A DNA stretch of 63,413 nucleotides, counting the filler, from Perkinsus olseni (taxonomy: Eukaryota): the NCBI GenBank assembly GCA_013115125.1. It is 46 parts of 46 records of this genome, joined end to end, with 100 filler letters (N's around TTAATTAATTAA, not from the genome) between each part and the next. Parts side by side here need not be neighbours in the genome. Positions count along the whole stretch, not along the records: positions 11,221 to 12,517 come from JABANN010001967.1; positions 12,618 to 13,914 come from JABANN010001968.1; positions 14,015 to 15,310 come from JABANN010001969.1; positions 15,411 to 16,706 come from JABANN010001970.1; positions 16,807 to 18,101 come from JABANN010001971.1; positions 18,202 to 19,495 come from JABANN010001972.1; positions 19,596 to 20,886 come from JABANN010001973.1; positions 20,987 to 22,273 come from JABANN010001974.1; 38 more parts are not named here. One strand, written 5' to 3'. Under the pieces are notes generated by a model. That model worked only from the letters and a program-made list of their open reading frames with translations, made no database searches and was not told the origin of the DNA. Position 1 is the first letter of the stretch. Each line of letters starts with the position of its first letter. Positions 11,914 through 25,145 of the stretch are shown piece by piece. The translations under genes were made by a program, and so were the position numbers.

Positions 11914-14014
11914 TCAGAGTCCGTACTAGTCCGAGTGTCTCGTCATGTACTCAGCATCCCGTTTTGTTCAATTTCGCATGGTTTTTTCCTAAGTGTGATG
12001 ACAACGATGATTGGGAGAACCAACGAGGGCAAATTGCAGTGACTAATACTACTATTGAAATACCAGGCCTACCACGTAGGCCTTGTCCATGTCTGTCTCA
12101 GGTGGTATCTCGGCATGATCGCGTGCCATCATCTCTATATCTCTCACCGTTATCGGGCCAGAGCCACCATTTAACTGAGTCTTTTTGTATCGGAAGTGAT
12201 TGTCGAACTGAAAGGATAATGCTAGATCCGCTCAGCGGTGGACTAACCTGTTCTACAATGTATTCTCACCTGTTCGAAGCTCTTCGGCTTACAGGTCGGA
12301 TGGAGAAGTCCGTTCGATATTTGTTGTAGCAGCTTCTCATACGCTAGTTTTGGGGATATAACTCCAGCATGAAGCTCTTGCATGACGAAACTCTTTACCT
12401 CATCTCTGAGGCCTCGCTGTTTCGCCTCGTACTCTGTATGATCATGAATAGCAACTTGTCCATTCGACTCGTTCATGTATGCGACGACTTGGCGCGTTGA
12501 GTTGAGATAGTGAAGGANNNNNNNNNNNNNNNNNNNNNNNNNNNNNNNNNNNNNNNNNNNNTTAATTAATTAANNNNNNNNNNNNNNNNNNNNNNNNNNN
12601 NNNNNNNNNNNNNNNNNAGAATTTCTTATCTTCGAAACTCGAGTTTAATCTAACTAACCTGATGAATAAACTCTACTCTACCCGCACCAGTGCGTATGAA
12701 ATTATTGCCATGAGTAGGGAGATCTTCGAATATCAGCGATTACGATGCCGAAGCAGGTTTATGAGACGTTTGATCAGTTACGAATCAATGTAAATATTAG
12801 ATTACTGCGCTGGACCTATGAAAAGGGGTTATTCGAGAGCTTAACATTGATTCTCATGCTATCTGCACATCTGGTGATTTCATAGGGCATCGGATTCCTT
12901 ACAAGCACATGTGCGCATTACATGGCTTGTAGCCCACCCGTCGGGTAGGTTTTTTGGATTACCTCATGCACGTTGTTGGATGCCTTGCACGCCACATGAG
13001 CAAATCTCACAGTTCCGCTAAGCAGTTCAATCTCGAGCCGAGATTCTCGACCGTATGAATGATTCGCGCTCTGAATGAGTAGCCCAGAACCCGCTGGTTA
13101 GCGTAGTTAGGCTACGACGTAGCCGCTACGTTGAATTGCCTTGAGGTCGTTTGCTGCCCACTACCCTTGCATTGGAAGGTATACACTCAGTTCCCTGAAA
13201 ATTCACCAAGCGAGAGTTGGCGAATGAAGGAATGTCATGATTCGCTGAAGGCAGTCTATCTCGGCTCATCGATCGTGAGCTACAACCTAATCTGCGCTGG
13301 AAGGCCGGTGATGATGATCGTGTGCAGAGATGTCATAGATGAGCCTCTTCGTCTCTAATGGTCTCGAGTATACTCACAAGGGCTGTTCCGTCCAGGATTG
13401 GCCACCCACAAAGCAGCTCTTGAAGAGCTTGAAGAGCGCCCGCCGAAGAGCCGACTGACTGAATTTCAATAACTGTCAGTGGCTCATCGAAGCCACGCGC
13501 TAACGGTTGCGTGTAGGGGTATTGTGAGCCTCCAGGGTGGAGGCCTGTAACAGACCGTGTGTTCCCTTCATGGCATTTTCCAGGACAGGCCGCATGTTTA
13601 CCGGCTTCGTTCAAGCTGGGCAAGTATGCCTTAGTCGGTTTGCCTCATCATAACTGGTAGACTGGTCAAGTGACGTTCGACGATTCATCCCAGTTTCTCC
13701 TCCTTTCGTCTCAGCCCACTGTATCCCAGGCTGGGATTCGCAGCTGTGTGTCGTGAATTCTTCACTCTTGTGTATGCTGGAGAACAGGCTGGATAATTCC
13801 TATAACACGAGGGAGTCGTACAGATTGTGAGGAAGCATCTTTGTGTTTCTGGTTGCCCTGGGTCACAGATTGGGGATCTGGTTGCCCTATCGGGTCACCC
13901 GATGTTTCGGGTTTNNNNNNNNNNNNNNNNNNNNNNNNNNNNNNNNNNNNNNNNNNNNTTAATTAATTAANNNNNNNNNNNNNNNNNNNNNNNNNNNNNN
14001 NNNNNNNNNNNNNN

Positions 14015-15310
14015 ACAATCATCATTACCCAACGATAGGCAGTTACAATCAGCAAGAGACTTCTCCTCATTGCTCATTGCCGCAACCGCTGCGTTTGCGT
14101 GCATTTCGTGCACTTCACCGCGCTCGCCCGAGTGATCGATTTTGCACCATTCTTGGAGAACCGTAGCTGATCTTCTCGTTAAGTAACCATCTTCTCGCAC
14201 ATTTAAGACTTGATAGTTTCGTTGTAGTGAACGTTGGCCACCACCCTTCTTAAAGGAATGAGCTCGTAGTAGAGGAAGCCACTCTTCTTTACCACTGGCA
14301 TTGCCATTATTACACCCCGCGCTAATTTTGTAACCACCAAAATTAGAATCTTTAAGTGATTCACCCACTATGGATCCAGTCTTTGGATTCCAATATAGTC
14401 TTTGTAGATAATACGCTGTGGAATAGTGTGGGGTTGCACGCACCATGTGTAAGAGAGTGTCATTGCCTCTTGAGCTCTCCACTATACCAATTTCTGCATC
14501 ACCGAAGATGATCACGGTACCCGGAATTAAGCCACCTTTAGTCGTTTTTGTCAATGTCCACGGCCTCTCTACCTTCAGAACATGGTCATATGAGTCTACA
14601 ATAGTGTGCTGATCGTCAAGTTTCAATGAAACTTTGACGCCATCCACTCTAAGGACTTCATAAGGACCCTTCCAAGGTAAATCTAACTTGTGGGATTTCT
14701 TCTTGAATATCCACGCATAGTCACCTTCTCGAAGCTCACGATGTGGATACTTCGATGCCTTAGAGATCACAGTCTCTCTCGACTTTTCACGCATAGATTC
14801 CCACACTGGAATAAATCGTTGTTGTAGTTGTTCTCGGACCTTCTGACGTTGCTTATCAACCACAGTAGTAGAGGGAATCTTAGTCACAGTCTGCCATTGG
14901 TCTCGATTCACTCGCTTGGGTAACTCACCCATTCTCGGCTTCCTCGCCATCATGAGCTCGAAGGGCGATATAGAACCGGTCTTCTTATAGTGGAGCGTTC
15001 TAGTGTTGATTACCCATAGAATGTCATCTAGGTAATCTACCCATTCTTTGGCCGTCGGAGTCAGCGTTCGTTCACCTTCAAGTAATAGGCTTGTTAACCC
15101 ACGGTGTAGTAGTTGGTGGGGACGTTCATAACCACCACCAAGATTCGGACTGTAACGAGGTATCAACCTATGGTGGATATTATTTTCGTTACAGTAGCAT
15201 TGAAACTTCTTGCTTATAAATTGAACCCCATTGTCAAATACAATCATATGTGGGTTTCCATATATACTACACACCTTCTTGAGGGCCACCAATACATTAT
15301 CCACTGTCAT
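14015..15310 (-). mobile_element. LTR retrotransposon integrase core, GPY/F motif and long C-terminal extension, partial
   Basis: YGNPHMIVFDNGVQF, YSPNLGGGYER, SPFELM, WKGPYEV. Confidence 0.88.
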
Positions 15311-15410
15311 NNNNNNNNNNNNNNNNNNNNNNNNNNNNNNNNNNNNNNNNNNNNTTAATTAATTAANNNNNNNNNNNNNNNNNNNNNNNNNNNNNNNNNN
15401 NNNNNNNNNN

Positions 15411-15982
15411 CCATTGAGCAAACCTCTTCCAGAGTGTCGTTCTCGTCTAGTAGCACCACGTCTACTCCGTCGACCACTACTGGTGAAGCGACCACGTCGT
15501 CAACTCCGGAGTCGTATTCGTCCTCCACGACATCCTCAACTACAGAGTATACCACACCTACTACAACGGAAAGCATTGAGGAAATCTGGTCCGATGCATC
15601 GTCTACTGATAGCACGACATCTGTTCCAAAATTGATGTCATCCACTTTGGAATTCTCTACTCGCACCAGTCTCACCTCGTCTTTAGCCGAAGTGACTCCT
15701 GTTGCTTTCAATTCCGCATCAAGCACTAGCGACACTTCCGCGAAATTTACTCCAACTCAAGCGGCACCGATTGACGAAGAGCCGAGTAACACCGCGGCAC
15801 GGAAAGAAGCTCATACCGAGGCGGATGGGTTATCTTCATCACCAGGTAAGCCAGCTCTTCCCAACCGGCAGCAACTTCTCAGCTCTCTCATGTCAGGATC
15901 GGAATCGTCACCACCCGCGACTGAACCTTCGTCCGAGAGCCCATCCAAACACAAAGTTATTGTTATGATGATCGTTGTATGA
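15411..15982 (+). CDS. Ser/Thr-rich low-complexity (mucin-like) protein fragment
   Basis: Open from contig start; strongly S/T/E/P-biased; no recognisable domain; 3' end may be spliced. Confidence 0.45.
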
Positions 15983-16641
15983 TGGTGAAAATGTATTATA
16001 ATCTTGAACTTATTAAAATCATGCGCGTTCAATCGCGAGGATGGTATAGAATAGGGACGCTATTTGCTTTCCCAGTCATCAATTCTCTTATTCTCCGATT
16101 CGACTTTCTCTTCGACGAACTCAATATGAACTTGGAACGGAACGAACTGAATTCCATATTATAAACTCAAGTTGATGAAGTTGTCTGATTCTCCCTTGTC
16201 CGATGTCATACTGTTCCCGCTTCGGTAGAAATTAGCCATGACTCCTAGGGCATATTCAGGGCTCGTAGTTTTTCCTCCGAGCAGTGGGAATGGCGCGCTT
16301 TCCGAAATCGTGAGAAGGCAATGCCTTCAAGTGCGACCTAGCGCTCGGCAAGTGTTTTAAAGCTCTGGGATATAGTTTCACGAGCGTAGAGTCCGAGTCA
16401 TTCGATGAAGTCCTTTGCAATGGACTACTGTAGCAGTAGTACACTAGACAGTAGTACTATCCAAGTTGAATAATCTTACAACGTTTCTTTCGACACAGAA
16501 TGAATAGTGATTCCTAGCTCTTGCATATTGTATGGCGGCCCTAATAGAGCCCACATTAGGGCTGCATTCCCGAGCCGATTCAAAACTCTCCTACTGAGCG
16601 AGTGTCAAACGGGATGTGAGACTCACATTGTGAGTTGTTGG

Positions 16642-16705
<64 letters not shown>

Positions 16706-16706
16706 G
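16642..16706. repeat. (TGT)n microsatellite at contig end
   Basis: Perfect trinucleotide run. Confidence 0.97.
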
Positions 16707-18203
16707 NNNNNNNNNNNNNNNNNNNNNNNNNNNNNNNNNNNNNNNNNNNNTTAATTAATTAANNNNNNNNNNNNNNNNNNNNNNNNNNNNNNNNNNNNNN
16801 NNNNNNTCGACGTCTCCCTTATTGGGTGGAGCTAGTGATTGAGCAATAAGAGTTTTATATACTGGAACAGAGAATCGAATCTGGTCCTGCTGCGACGGGA
16901 CAGCGAGGGATCCTGACCGACTAATCTAAGACTTTTCTTGAAGTACTCTTTCTCCCGCTTCTATTCATACCTCGCTTGTGCTGATAACCTTGTTTGTTGC
17001 GGAGAAATGCCATTGCCTCGTCCGGGCAGACTAAACTAAACTATTCTAGGGGGAAAAGGCGCGCGCGCCAGTAAGTCGTCCTTGCCTCTGTGGTCGGATG
17101 ATTGAGGGCTTAGCGGCTTCTCTAGGACACGTAAGAGGCATTCAGGTTCAGAACGAGCTTATAAGGGGCGTACGAAATTCTCTAGTCGCTACGTCGTTGC
17201 GGTGCGTCAGTGTGACTAGCCAGTCGCGTCACGGTGTCGTAGTAACCAGTTCGGGAAATACTTGTTACATTCTAAGTAGCTATTGAACCTGGTATTCAAC
17301 CTTCGACGTGAATGACCTCCAATCCCCCGTCAGAGATGGGTTCTGACTTAGAGGTCATGTGCATCAATTCTGGTCAGCGTGCCGAGAATACCATGCCTTG
17401 GAGTCAACATGGAGGGTTTCCTGGGAAGTGCGCCAGAGCGAAGGGTCACCACTCATCACATTGCCCCATCTCATTCATGCTGTGAACAAGACGCACAACA
17501 GTACCTGCAGTCAGATACACTCGGACTGAGGAGACCACCTGCAGCCCTCCCGCCGAAGACCCAATCTACAGTGTGTTATCTGACACTTCTAGCCAACCAG
17601 TTGATGAATGATGGCCGCGTAGTGCTTCTTGGTGAACTTCATCGCGTTCGACTTCCCACATCGCGAAGCTTCGAACTTCGTGACTTGGCAAGCAGACACT
17701 GAGTCTCAGAGCCTCATCAAAAGTCACGTGTGTTATTTTTGCCTAGAGAAGACCATGCCCGCCGGAAAGATACCAGCCACCTGGGACGCAATGTGTCACC
17801 TTGTGTCTCACCTGTGTTCAAAGCGAAGCAGACCAGTTCCGCCTGCAGACTGCAACGAAATTCACCCGGTCCGAGCAGATCATCACTACATAGTCTCCGC
17901 GATATTCACTAAGTTGAAGTGAATCTCCTTACACTTCTAGCTACCCAGTTGATCGAATTTCGCATGGGTCACCCGGTTGACAGGCCCTCGTTACGAGGTT
18001 GCTAGCAGTTTGGCTGGTGCATATTTAGCCTGAGGAGTACCGTTTAGGTACGGAAGGTGAAATAGCAGCGCACAGGAGATGATGTTGTCGTTTCGGGCGA
18101 GNNNNNNNNNNNNNNNNNNNNNNNNNNNNNNNNNNNNNNNNNNNNTTAATTAATTAANNNNNNNNNNNNNNNNNNNNNNNNNNNNNNNNNNNNNNNNNNN
18201 NAA

Positions 18204-19495
18204 CCTCGGGAGAGCGAGGACTGTACAGTACAGACGGCGTCGTATGCTGTCGACTGTTATACAGTACCGATAGCGTCATACGCCGTCGACTGTCACCACG
18301 CCAAGCAGTCGGCCGGGAACGACTCGGTTCGGTCCTACGCTATCACGGAGGCTGACCGCCCGCCAGTACTCCTTTTAGATTTTGGAGGTCATCGACAGGA
18401 AGGCCTAGTCGATACAGGATCGGCGACTTCTTTGGTCGACTTGGACACGGCCAAGCACCTATGTCAGTTGGGTCATGCGGTCTGGACGCCGACACGTCTC
18501 AGAGTGACAGTCAAGTATGCTGATGCACGCGAAGAGGTTGCTCGAGGAGAAGTTATCCTTCGTGCTACGGTTAACGGCAGTGTCTGTTATCTGCCATGTC
18601 TCGTCGTCGAGCGGCTTGGCAGGTCTATCATTCTAGGACGGCGCAGCTTGAAACTGCTCGGTACGGAGCTCAAGTTCCGTCAGGACTCTGAGGCGGTGAG
18701 ATGTTCGCTACGTGAGGCCTTCAAGGCAGCCGGCGAGATGGTGAGTCCGCCAGATGCCGAGGCAAACTGTGGTAGTGTCGACATCGCAGAGACCGTGGAG
18801 TGCTACACCACAAATGGAGAGCTTTTCGTTGATGATCAACGTGAACCGTCACATCCAGAGAAGGGCCAACAGATTGGCCGCGATGTGGTGGATCGGAAGC
18901 TTCGTCCGATATTGAGCGAAGCTGTCGAGGCTGGAGTTGGAGAGAAGACGCCCGATGAGTTTATCTCGCAGGCACTGCAGAATATCTCCGAGTTAGGAGA
19001 GCTGCCAGTTGCCGAAGGGTATGCCCTACGCTTGAAGAAGCTCGAGTCCGATGACGCCGAGCCAGCTGAGGAAGGTCAAGAGTACCGGTTCCTTGCGAGC
19101 TGGCAGGTTAGACAGGCGGGTTCGACAGGCAGTGCGGTATGGAACAGCGCGTCGCTGATCCATCGATTGCAGCAGCAGGAGCGAGAAGAGTTCCAGAAGA
19201 ACTGTGACTACTATGTTACTAAGGGCTTCTGGAAAGAGAAGACTCCGAAAGAAGGGCTGGCAGTTGCGCAGAATGCGGATAGCAGTTTGATGGGAGTGAT
19301 ATTCCCAGTCAGACAAGATCCTAACAAGTCGACGGCCGTGCGGCCGGTATGTGATCTGCGCCAAGCTAATTTGGTCTCTCCACCAGTTTCTAATACTCAG
19401 TTGACGACGAGTGATGCGACGATGAGACTTCGATCTCGCTTACAGCCATCACATGTGGTGGCCCAGTATGATCTTCAGAAAGCGTTCTACTCGGT
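18204..19495 (+). mobile_element. LTR retrotransposon pol fragment (aspartic protease and RT N-terminus)
   Basis: Frame open from contig start; LVDTGSATSLV, IILGR, FPVRQDPNKSTAVRPVCDLRQAN, DLQKAFYS. Confidence 0.85.
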
Positions 19496-22400
19496 NNNNN
19501 NNNNNNNNNNNNNNNNNNNNNNNNNNNNNNNNNNNNNNNTTAATTAATTAANNNNNNNNNNNNNNNNNNNNNNNNNNNNNNNNNNNNNNNNNNNNAGAAG
19601 GTATCTGCATCAGATCCGGGAGTGTTACGTTATTGAGTCATCATGGTTGCCAACAACAGTACACAAGTTGGACGTGGCGGGAGAGCACAACAAGAGTGGG
19701 TCCGAGAGAATATTGGAGTTTTACAGCAATTCGATCTTGGAAATAAAGTACCATACTAGGTTCGATTTTTGCGTGTCTGAAGATTTCCGGATCATTAACA
19801 TCGGTTTAGTGCTCACCATCAGCAGGTGAGCTGAAGAATCTTTGCGGCACTTGTTCGAGCGTCGTACTGATCACCAGCGTGAAATAAACATGCGGCAGCG
19901 TTGAAGAGCAGATCCAACGACTCAGGCGATCACTCCCAATAAGAGTTAATTGACAGGCTGTTGTCTCTGAACTCAACACCTCGGAGCACAGAGCCGGGGC
20001 GACCTCAAGCTACCACGCGTCGCGAGGCACGCGCGTCTACAACATACGCAAAGTAGCTACAGGCAACCCGCCATAGCACGGAAGATATGAAAGACAACTA
20101 GTGCTTTGCTCAACTACAGACGGCAGCATTGCCTCCTGGTTTGCCCGACGGCCCGATCGTACGATCGGACCACGCCTTTGTGAACGGCCCATGTAAAATT
20201 GGACGAACGTCGGTGACCATGAGTCATCGAAAAAAGGCGCTTCTAGCAAAACAGCTGCACCCCTTTAGTGGAGCGGATGGCGCTAACAACCGCCGAAGTG
20301 AACCAATACGCTGCGATAGGCTGCTGTCTACGACCAGGAGCACCACTGACCGAAAACTGAGTGAACTCGGAGTGGGTGGACACAGCAGAGAACGACGACC
20401 ACCCAACGGCTTCCATACTGAAACAGCGCGGGCACTACAGGTGAGAGGGAATTCCGACCAAGTGACAACAACAACTGCCACGAGCAGCAGCAGCGGCAAC
20501 CGCAACCTCTCTGGGACTGATACACCGGACGTGGGCAGTGCCATAGACCTTGACAAGAAGACGGTAGCAGAAAGTGTTATCTGAGGCGATAGTAGGGCAA
20601 GACAGCCCTCCCGTAGTAAAGGTGATGTCAGCTTTCAACGAAAAAAAGAACTGTCACTGCTGATGGCAACAGCAGCAGTCACCACCATGATGATGAGTAA
20701 GACAGTTCAACGACCAACAGCCTCAGTAGCCTGCACGTCAGCGAGGGGACCACTCCTCGCGACGCAAGCTTGATCACAAGTGTTATAATACCACTCGCAG
20801 CTGAGCCGCTAGTCATGCAACGTAAGGGCAGGAGGTGGTGGACTGCGATAGAGTCCGTTTCAACCGGCTCTCCGCTTTGCCATCTANNNNNNNNNNNNNN
20901 NNNNNNNNNNNNNNNNNNNNNNNNNNNNNNTTAATTAATTAANNNNNNNNNNNNNNNNNNNNNNNNNNNNNNNNNNNNNNNNNNNNGATCTACGGGGAGT
21001 ATCCAGGGGTGACACTCAGGCCACCGCAAGAGAAGGCAGTTGCCGAGCTCTATATGTGGTTAGTGGTAGGTTTACGTCGCGAATTCCGTTGTGTGGAGCG
21101 CTTTCATGCAGGCTCTCAGCTCAGCAGCTCTTGTGTTGGTAATCAATCTGGTAGCTGCGAATAAGAAAGCCAAGTACTGGCTGACGAGAGAAACGTGGTG
21201 GGGCGACATTATCTTCGATGCTTTTCACAAGTAATAACTCTCCGATCTCCCATTTAGACGTATCTCCTCGCGAGTTTCAATTTGAGGATCTCGAAGCGCT
21301 GCTTTGGCTCGAAGTAAAAATGCTGCGCGGACTACTGATGCTCGGAATCGGCAGTAGTACTATCACAGTAATGTCAAACAAATTATAATACAATTTTATG
21401 AATGATGAATAATTATTTGAAATGATTGGACTTAAATTAGAGACGCCTGCAGTGGAGGATCTCGACAAAGCTGAGCCGGGGTTTGGTCAGTTTGACTCGG
21501 CTTCGGGCATGGAGTCCATGCCGTGGAGAATCTTAGACGTTCAGGATGCTTGAATATCTCAGTCTGTAAGACTAAGACCGAGTCTGAGTTAGACTGTCTA
21601 AGGCTTTCAGACAGTCACGAATGAGAACTGAATAGACTAGTACGCGAGTGCGTCGCCGTCATACAGCACAGGGAAATATTGCACAGGATTATAGAGCAAA
21701 AGGTCATACAGCACAGGTCATAAAGTTTAGGGATATTCACAAGGGAAGGGTGGACGGCATGGATGCGAGCAGTTCAGAGGCTCCGAACAGTCCAGCATTG
21801 CACTGGCAGTACTGAATCAGGAACTACTCTCAGGTTCTGAGACCCAGAATGATCCTCGGCAACGGTGTTGTCTTCCGATGGCGATTTCTCTTTCTCACTG
21901 GATCTGGCAGCAGAAATCTTAAGATTTAGGCTGCTACTAGCAGTCTGCTAGCGAGCACTCTGTTAACGACCTGTGGAATCTCATACTTCGACTCAGTCGA
22001 AGTATTCACGGAATTCCAAGTCGAGCCGACTCTCTCAGGATAGCACTGGCAGTTTCTTTCCGCCGGCAACCAGAAGAAGTTGCGGGGATTCGGCGCAGCG
22101 GCTCGCTGCCAGCGAGTCCCTAAGGAAGATGTCAAAGGACTGGTGTCTCAATCTCAATTCATCCCATACCGGGACACTTTCAGGAGATAGTGACACTATC
22201 ATACAGTGCGTTCGGGTTTGATATGCAAGTCGACTAAAGTGTTGTAACTCGGATATAAACGAACATTTCACGANNNNNNNNNNNNNNNNNNNNNNNNNNN
22301 NNNNNNNNNNNNNNNNNTTAATTAATTAANNNNNNNNNNNNNNNNNNNNNNNNNNNNNNNNNNNNNNNNNNNNTGGATATATCCCTATTCGGGTGGCACA

Positions 22401-22954
22401 GTCGTGAAGTGGTCTGTATCTCCCCGGTATGCTGTGGAAACTCATATCGAGTGGGAGTTGACGTAGAGAAAGGTTGACATGAATCTCTGCTGCTATTAAT
22501 GAGGCTGATAATCTGGTCTTTTCCTCACTCGAGTGACGTAGTCGTGAAGTGGCCTTTATCACCTTTGTGTGCTGTGGGAACTCATTCCAAGGGAAAGGTA
22601 CAAAATCCAAGGAAGCACTTTCCTAGGATCTTGTTGTCCAAGGTAGCAATTCCGGTTTCTGGTTGCCCTGGGTAAGTTCATCCAGTTCCGAGGTCTCCCG
22701 TTCAAGAGAGGGAAAAAGAATAATGGAGAGGGTCTGTCCCAGGCCCGCAATACAAAAAAGGTGAGTTTTGCGCCGAGCCTTTTGACAAGTCGCGTGCGTT
22801 ACAGCGCCCTCATGCGATTAGGTGGCCTCGAACGTCGTTCCTGATGATCGGAAAACTACCGCGCAGGCCGAAGTAGTCGATCTAGATTCCGATGTCAACG
22901 CCTAGCCTTAGGTCGGAGGTTGATGGTCGGTCCGATCACTTCTACTTGAACGAG

Positions 22955-23145
22955 TCCAATGTCCAGTCGGTCTAGTCTAGCTGATTACCAATTAGCATCC
23001 GGGGGTGTTAGACGTGTTGGAGAGCTGAGTCTTCTATAGGAGCCTGGGGGCCAGTTCGGTCATTTCGGCCAGTTTACTCAAACGATTCCAATGTCCAATC
23101 TGTCCAGTCTAGCTGATTACCAACTAATATTCAAGGGTGTTGGAG
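22955..23145. repeat. Diverged direct repeat, two copies, period ~132 bp
   Basis: TCCAATGTCCA...AGTCTAGCTGATTACCAA...GGGTGTT begins at 22955 and at 23087. Confidence 0.7.
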
Positions 23146-23758
23146 AGTATCATGTTGTCTGCAAGATCACAGCTCCTGCAGTGCTGGTTGTGCGGGCAAG
23201 TCTTCATGAGGATTGTTAGGCATCGTTATCGAGCTCTTCAATATAATAAGTAGTGGACACCTCTCCACGCTTCGGCGAGTCTTGATATTCAAAACAGAAG
23301 GATATGCATGCTTCTCATTCGACTCGGGGCTCATTATTGTGTTCGTCAGTCGGAGGTTCAATGCTAAATTGTTCGATCATTATCTCATCGTTGATAATGG
23401 GCTGGGTTCTAGACTTCCATAATGACCAGACCTTCCATAATGGAAGTTCCATTGCACAACCGTTCTGCACATGGTCAAAGCTTGACTTAGGTGGTCGAAC
23501 TTCGAACTTCAAAGCCGACATGAAGATTTCGGCCTCCACGACTGGTATTGGACAAAAGCGTGGTTATGTTGTGTAGGGTATGTGCATTATTCGAAGACGC
23601 AAGACTCACGTCTTGCTGCCTTACGCCCCCTTATATTCTACTTATTTTATGAACTATGNNNNNNNNNNNNNNNNNNNNNNNNNNNNNNNNNNNNNNNNNN
23701 NNTTAATTAATTAANNNNNNNNNNNNNNNNNNNNNNNNNNNNNNNNNNNNNNNNNNNN

Positions 23759-25043
23759 GTTGTCGCCTGGAAACGCTTTCGCGGCCGCGCAATCAGCACA
23801 TTTGAACTGGTTACACTCAGCCGCAAGGCCCGGCATGTCAACGAACTCTCTGAGGATGTTGAACATTGCGGCACGACCTTCGTGATCGTGCGCCAACTCA
23901 AGAAGCTCTTGCGCCTTGTCTCGTGGTACTTGCACCTTTCGATCCTGAATATCGAACTCCGTAAGGAACTGGGCTAGTTCCTCGCTACGATCGGCCTCGG
24001 CCCCCTCTGCAGCGGACACGAACGTAAACCTCTGGCCAGCCGCGTCGCAGGGCGACCCTGCTGGCGGGTTAACCTCGGACTCCACCGCCTTGGCGGCGGC
24101 GGTGAACGCAGGCAGGAGCGCTTCTGGCAAGCGCGACGGCTGATCTGCCTCGTTGTCGCATGAACGACAGTGATGAACGTGGAGTTCGATACCAAAGGAT
24201 GCACGGATGTCATCGATGAGCTGTAATCTTCCCTCGATAGCGCTCTTGCTCATGCCGCTTATCTTGCCCCAATGACGGCCGTCCTTGCGGGTAAGCCAGC
24301 TCTGCACCGATGCGTTATCAGTATACAAATGTAGCACTTGTGCGCGACGGTCGTACGCTCGCATGTAATCGGTAACAAGGTTCATGCCGCGCAAAACGGC
24401 TTCGGTTTCAACTACATTTATGTGTCTCTTACAGCCTTTCTTGCGTAGCCACGCTCGGTCTTCAACCTTAATGGGACCGAAGAAAATAGTAGCGGCCATT
24501 CCAATCGCTGAACCATCGGTAAACAGCCTCCACTCCAGATCCGGGTTCACCAGCCACCGTCCGTGACATGGATCTCCCTCGCGTTTGATGTGCTCGCACA
24601 CAGCTACCCACAAGTCTTGCAGTTGAGGTGGAAGTGGATAATCATAGGAGCGCTTGCTCCCGACCGATGGCTGAGCTGCCGCGGCGACGCGGGTGAGCAT
24701 CGCCCCGCACAAACGCAACCAGCTGGCAATTGGATAGTAAGTCGCTAGTTTACCAGTGAGCGACGCCAGTTGACTACGAGTCTGCGGCACCACATCCAGG
24801 TCGAGTGGTTTCTTCCTAACCCACTCCCCTGCCGGAGTGATGTGAATGCCGATGACTTTAGACCCTAGCAAAGACTGGGGAGGTTTAACGACAAAACCAT
24901 CCTCAGCGAGAGTCTGGCAGACTTTGGCAACATCGTCGTTGTGCACAGCCATATCATCCACATACTTGCGAATAGGGTGAGAGAGTGAATCACCGAGGCG
25001 TGACAGGGAATGGTCCGTCGTAACATCGAGCGCCTTGCCCGAC
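23759..25043 (-). mobile_element. Ty3/Gypsy-like pol fragment (RT C-terminus, RNase H, integrase zinc finger)
   Basis: KYVDD, LFTDGS, HINVVETEA, LYTDN, NEADQPSR, HDH...CADC. Confidence 0.85.
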
Positions 25044-25145
25044 NNNNNNNNNNNNNNNNNNNNNNNNNNNNNNNNNNNNNNNNNNNNTTAATTAATTAAN
25101 NNNNNNNNNNNNNNNNNNNNNNNNNNNNNNNNNNNNNNNNNNNAC

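Noticed and set aside
8426-15310. Reading neighbouring protease, RT and integrase pieces as one element or gene cluster
   Set aside because: Separate contigs ordered by size, on different strands
16507-16758. Poly-Cys, poly-Leu and poly-Asn ORFs (also 56321-56688, 26173-26484)
   Set aside because: Alternative-frame translations of CAA/TTG microsatellites
21095-21150. Minus-strand ITNTRAAELRACMKAL resembling an RNase H helix
   Set aside because: Isolated short motif among stops; other catalytic motifs not found
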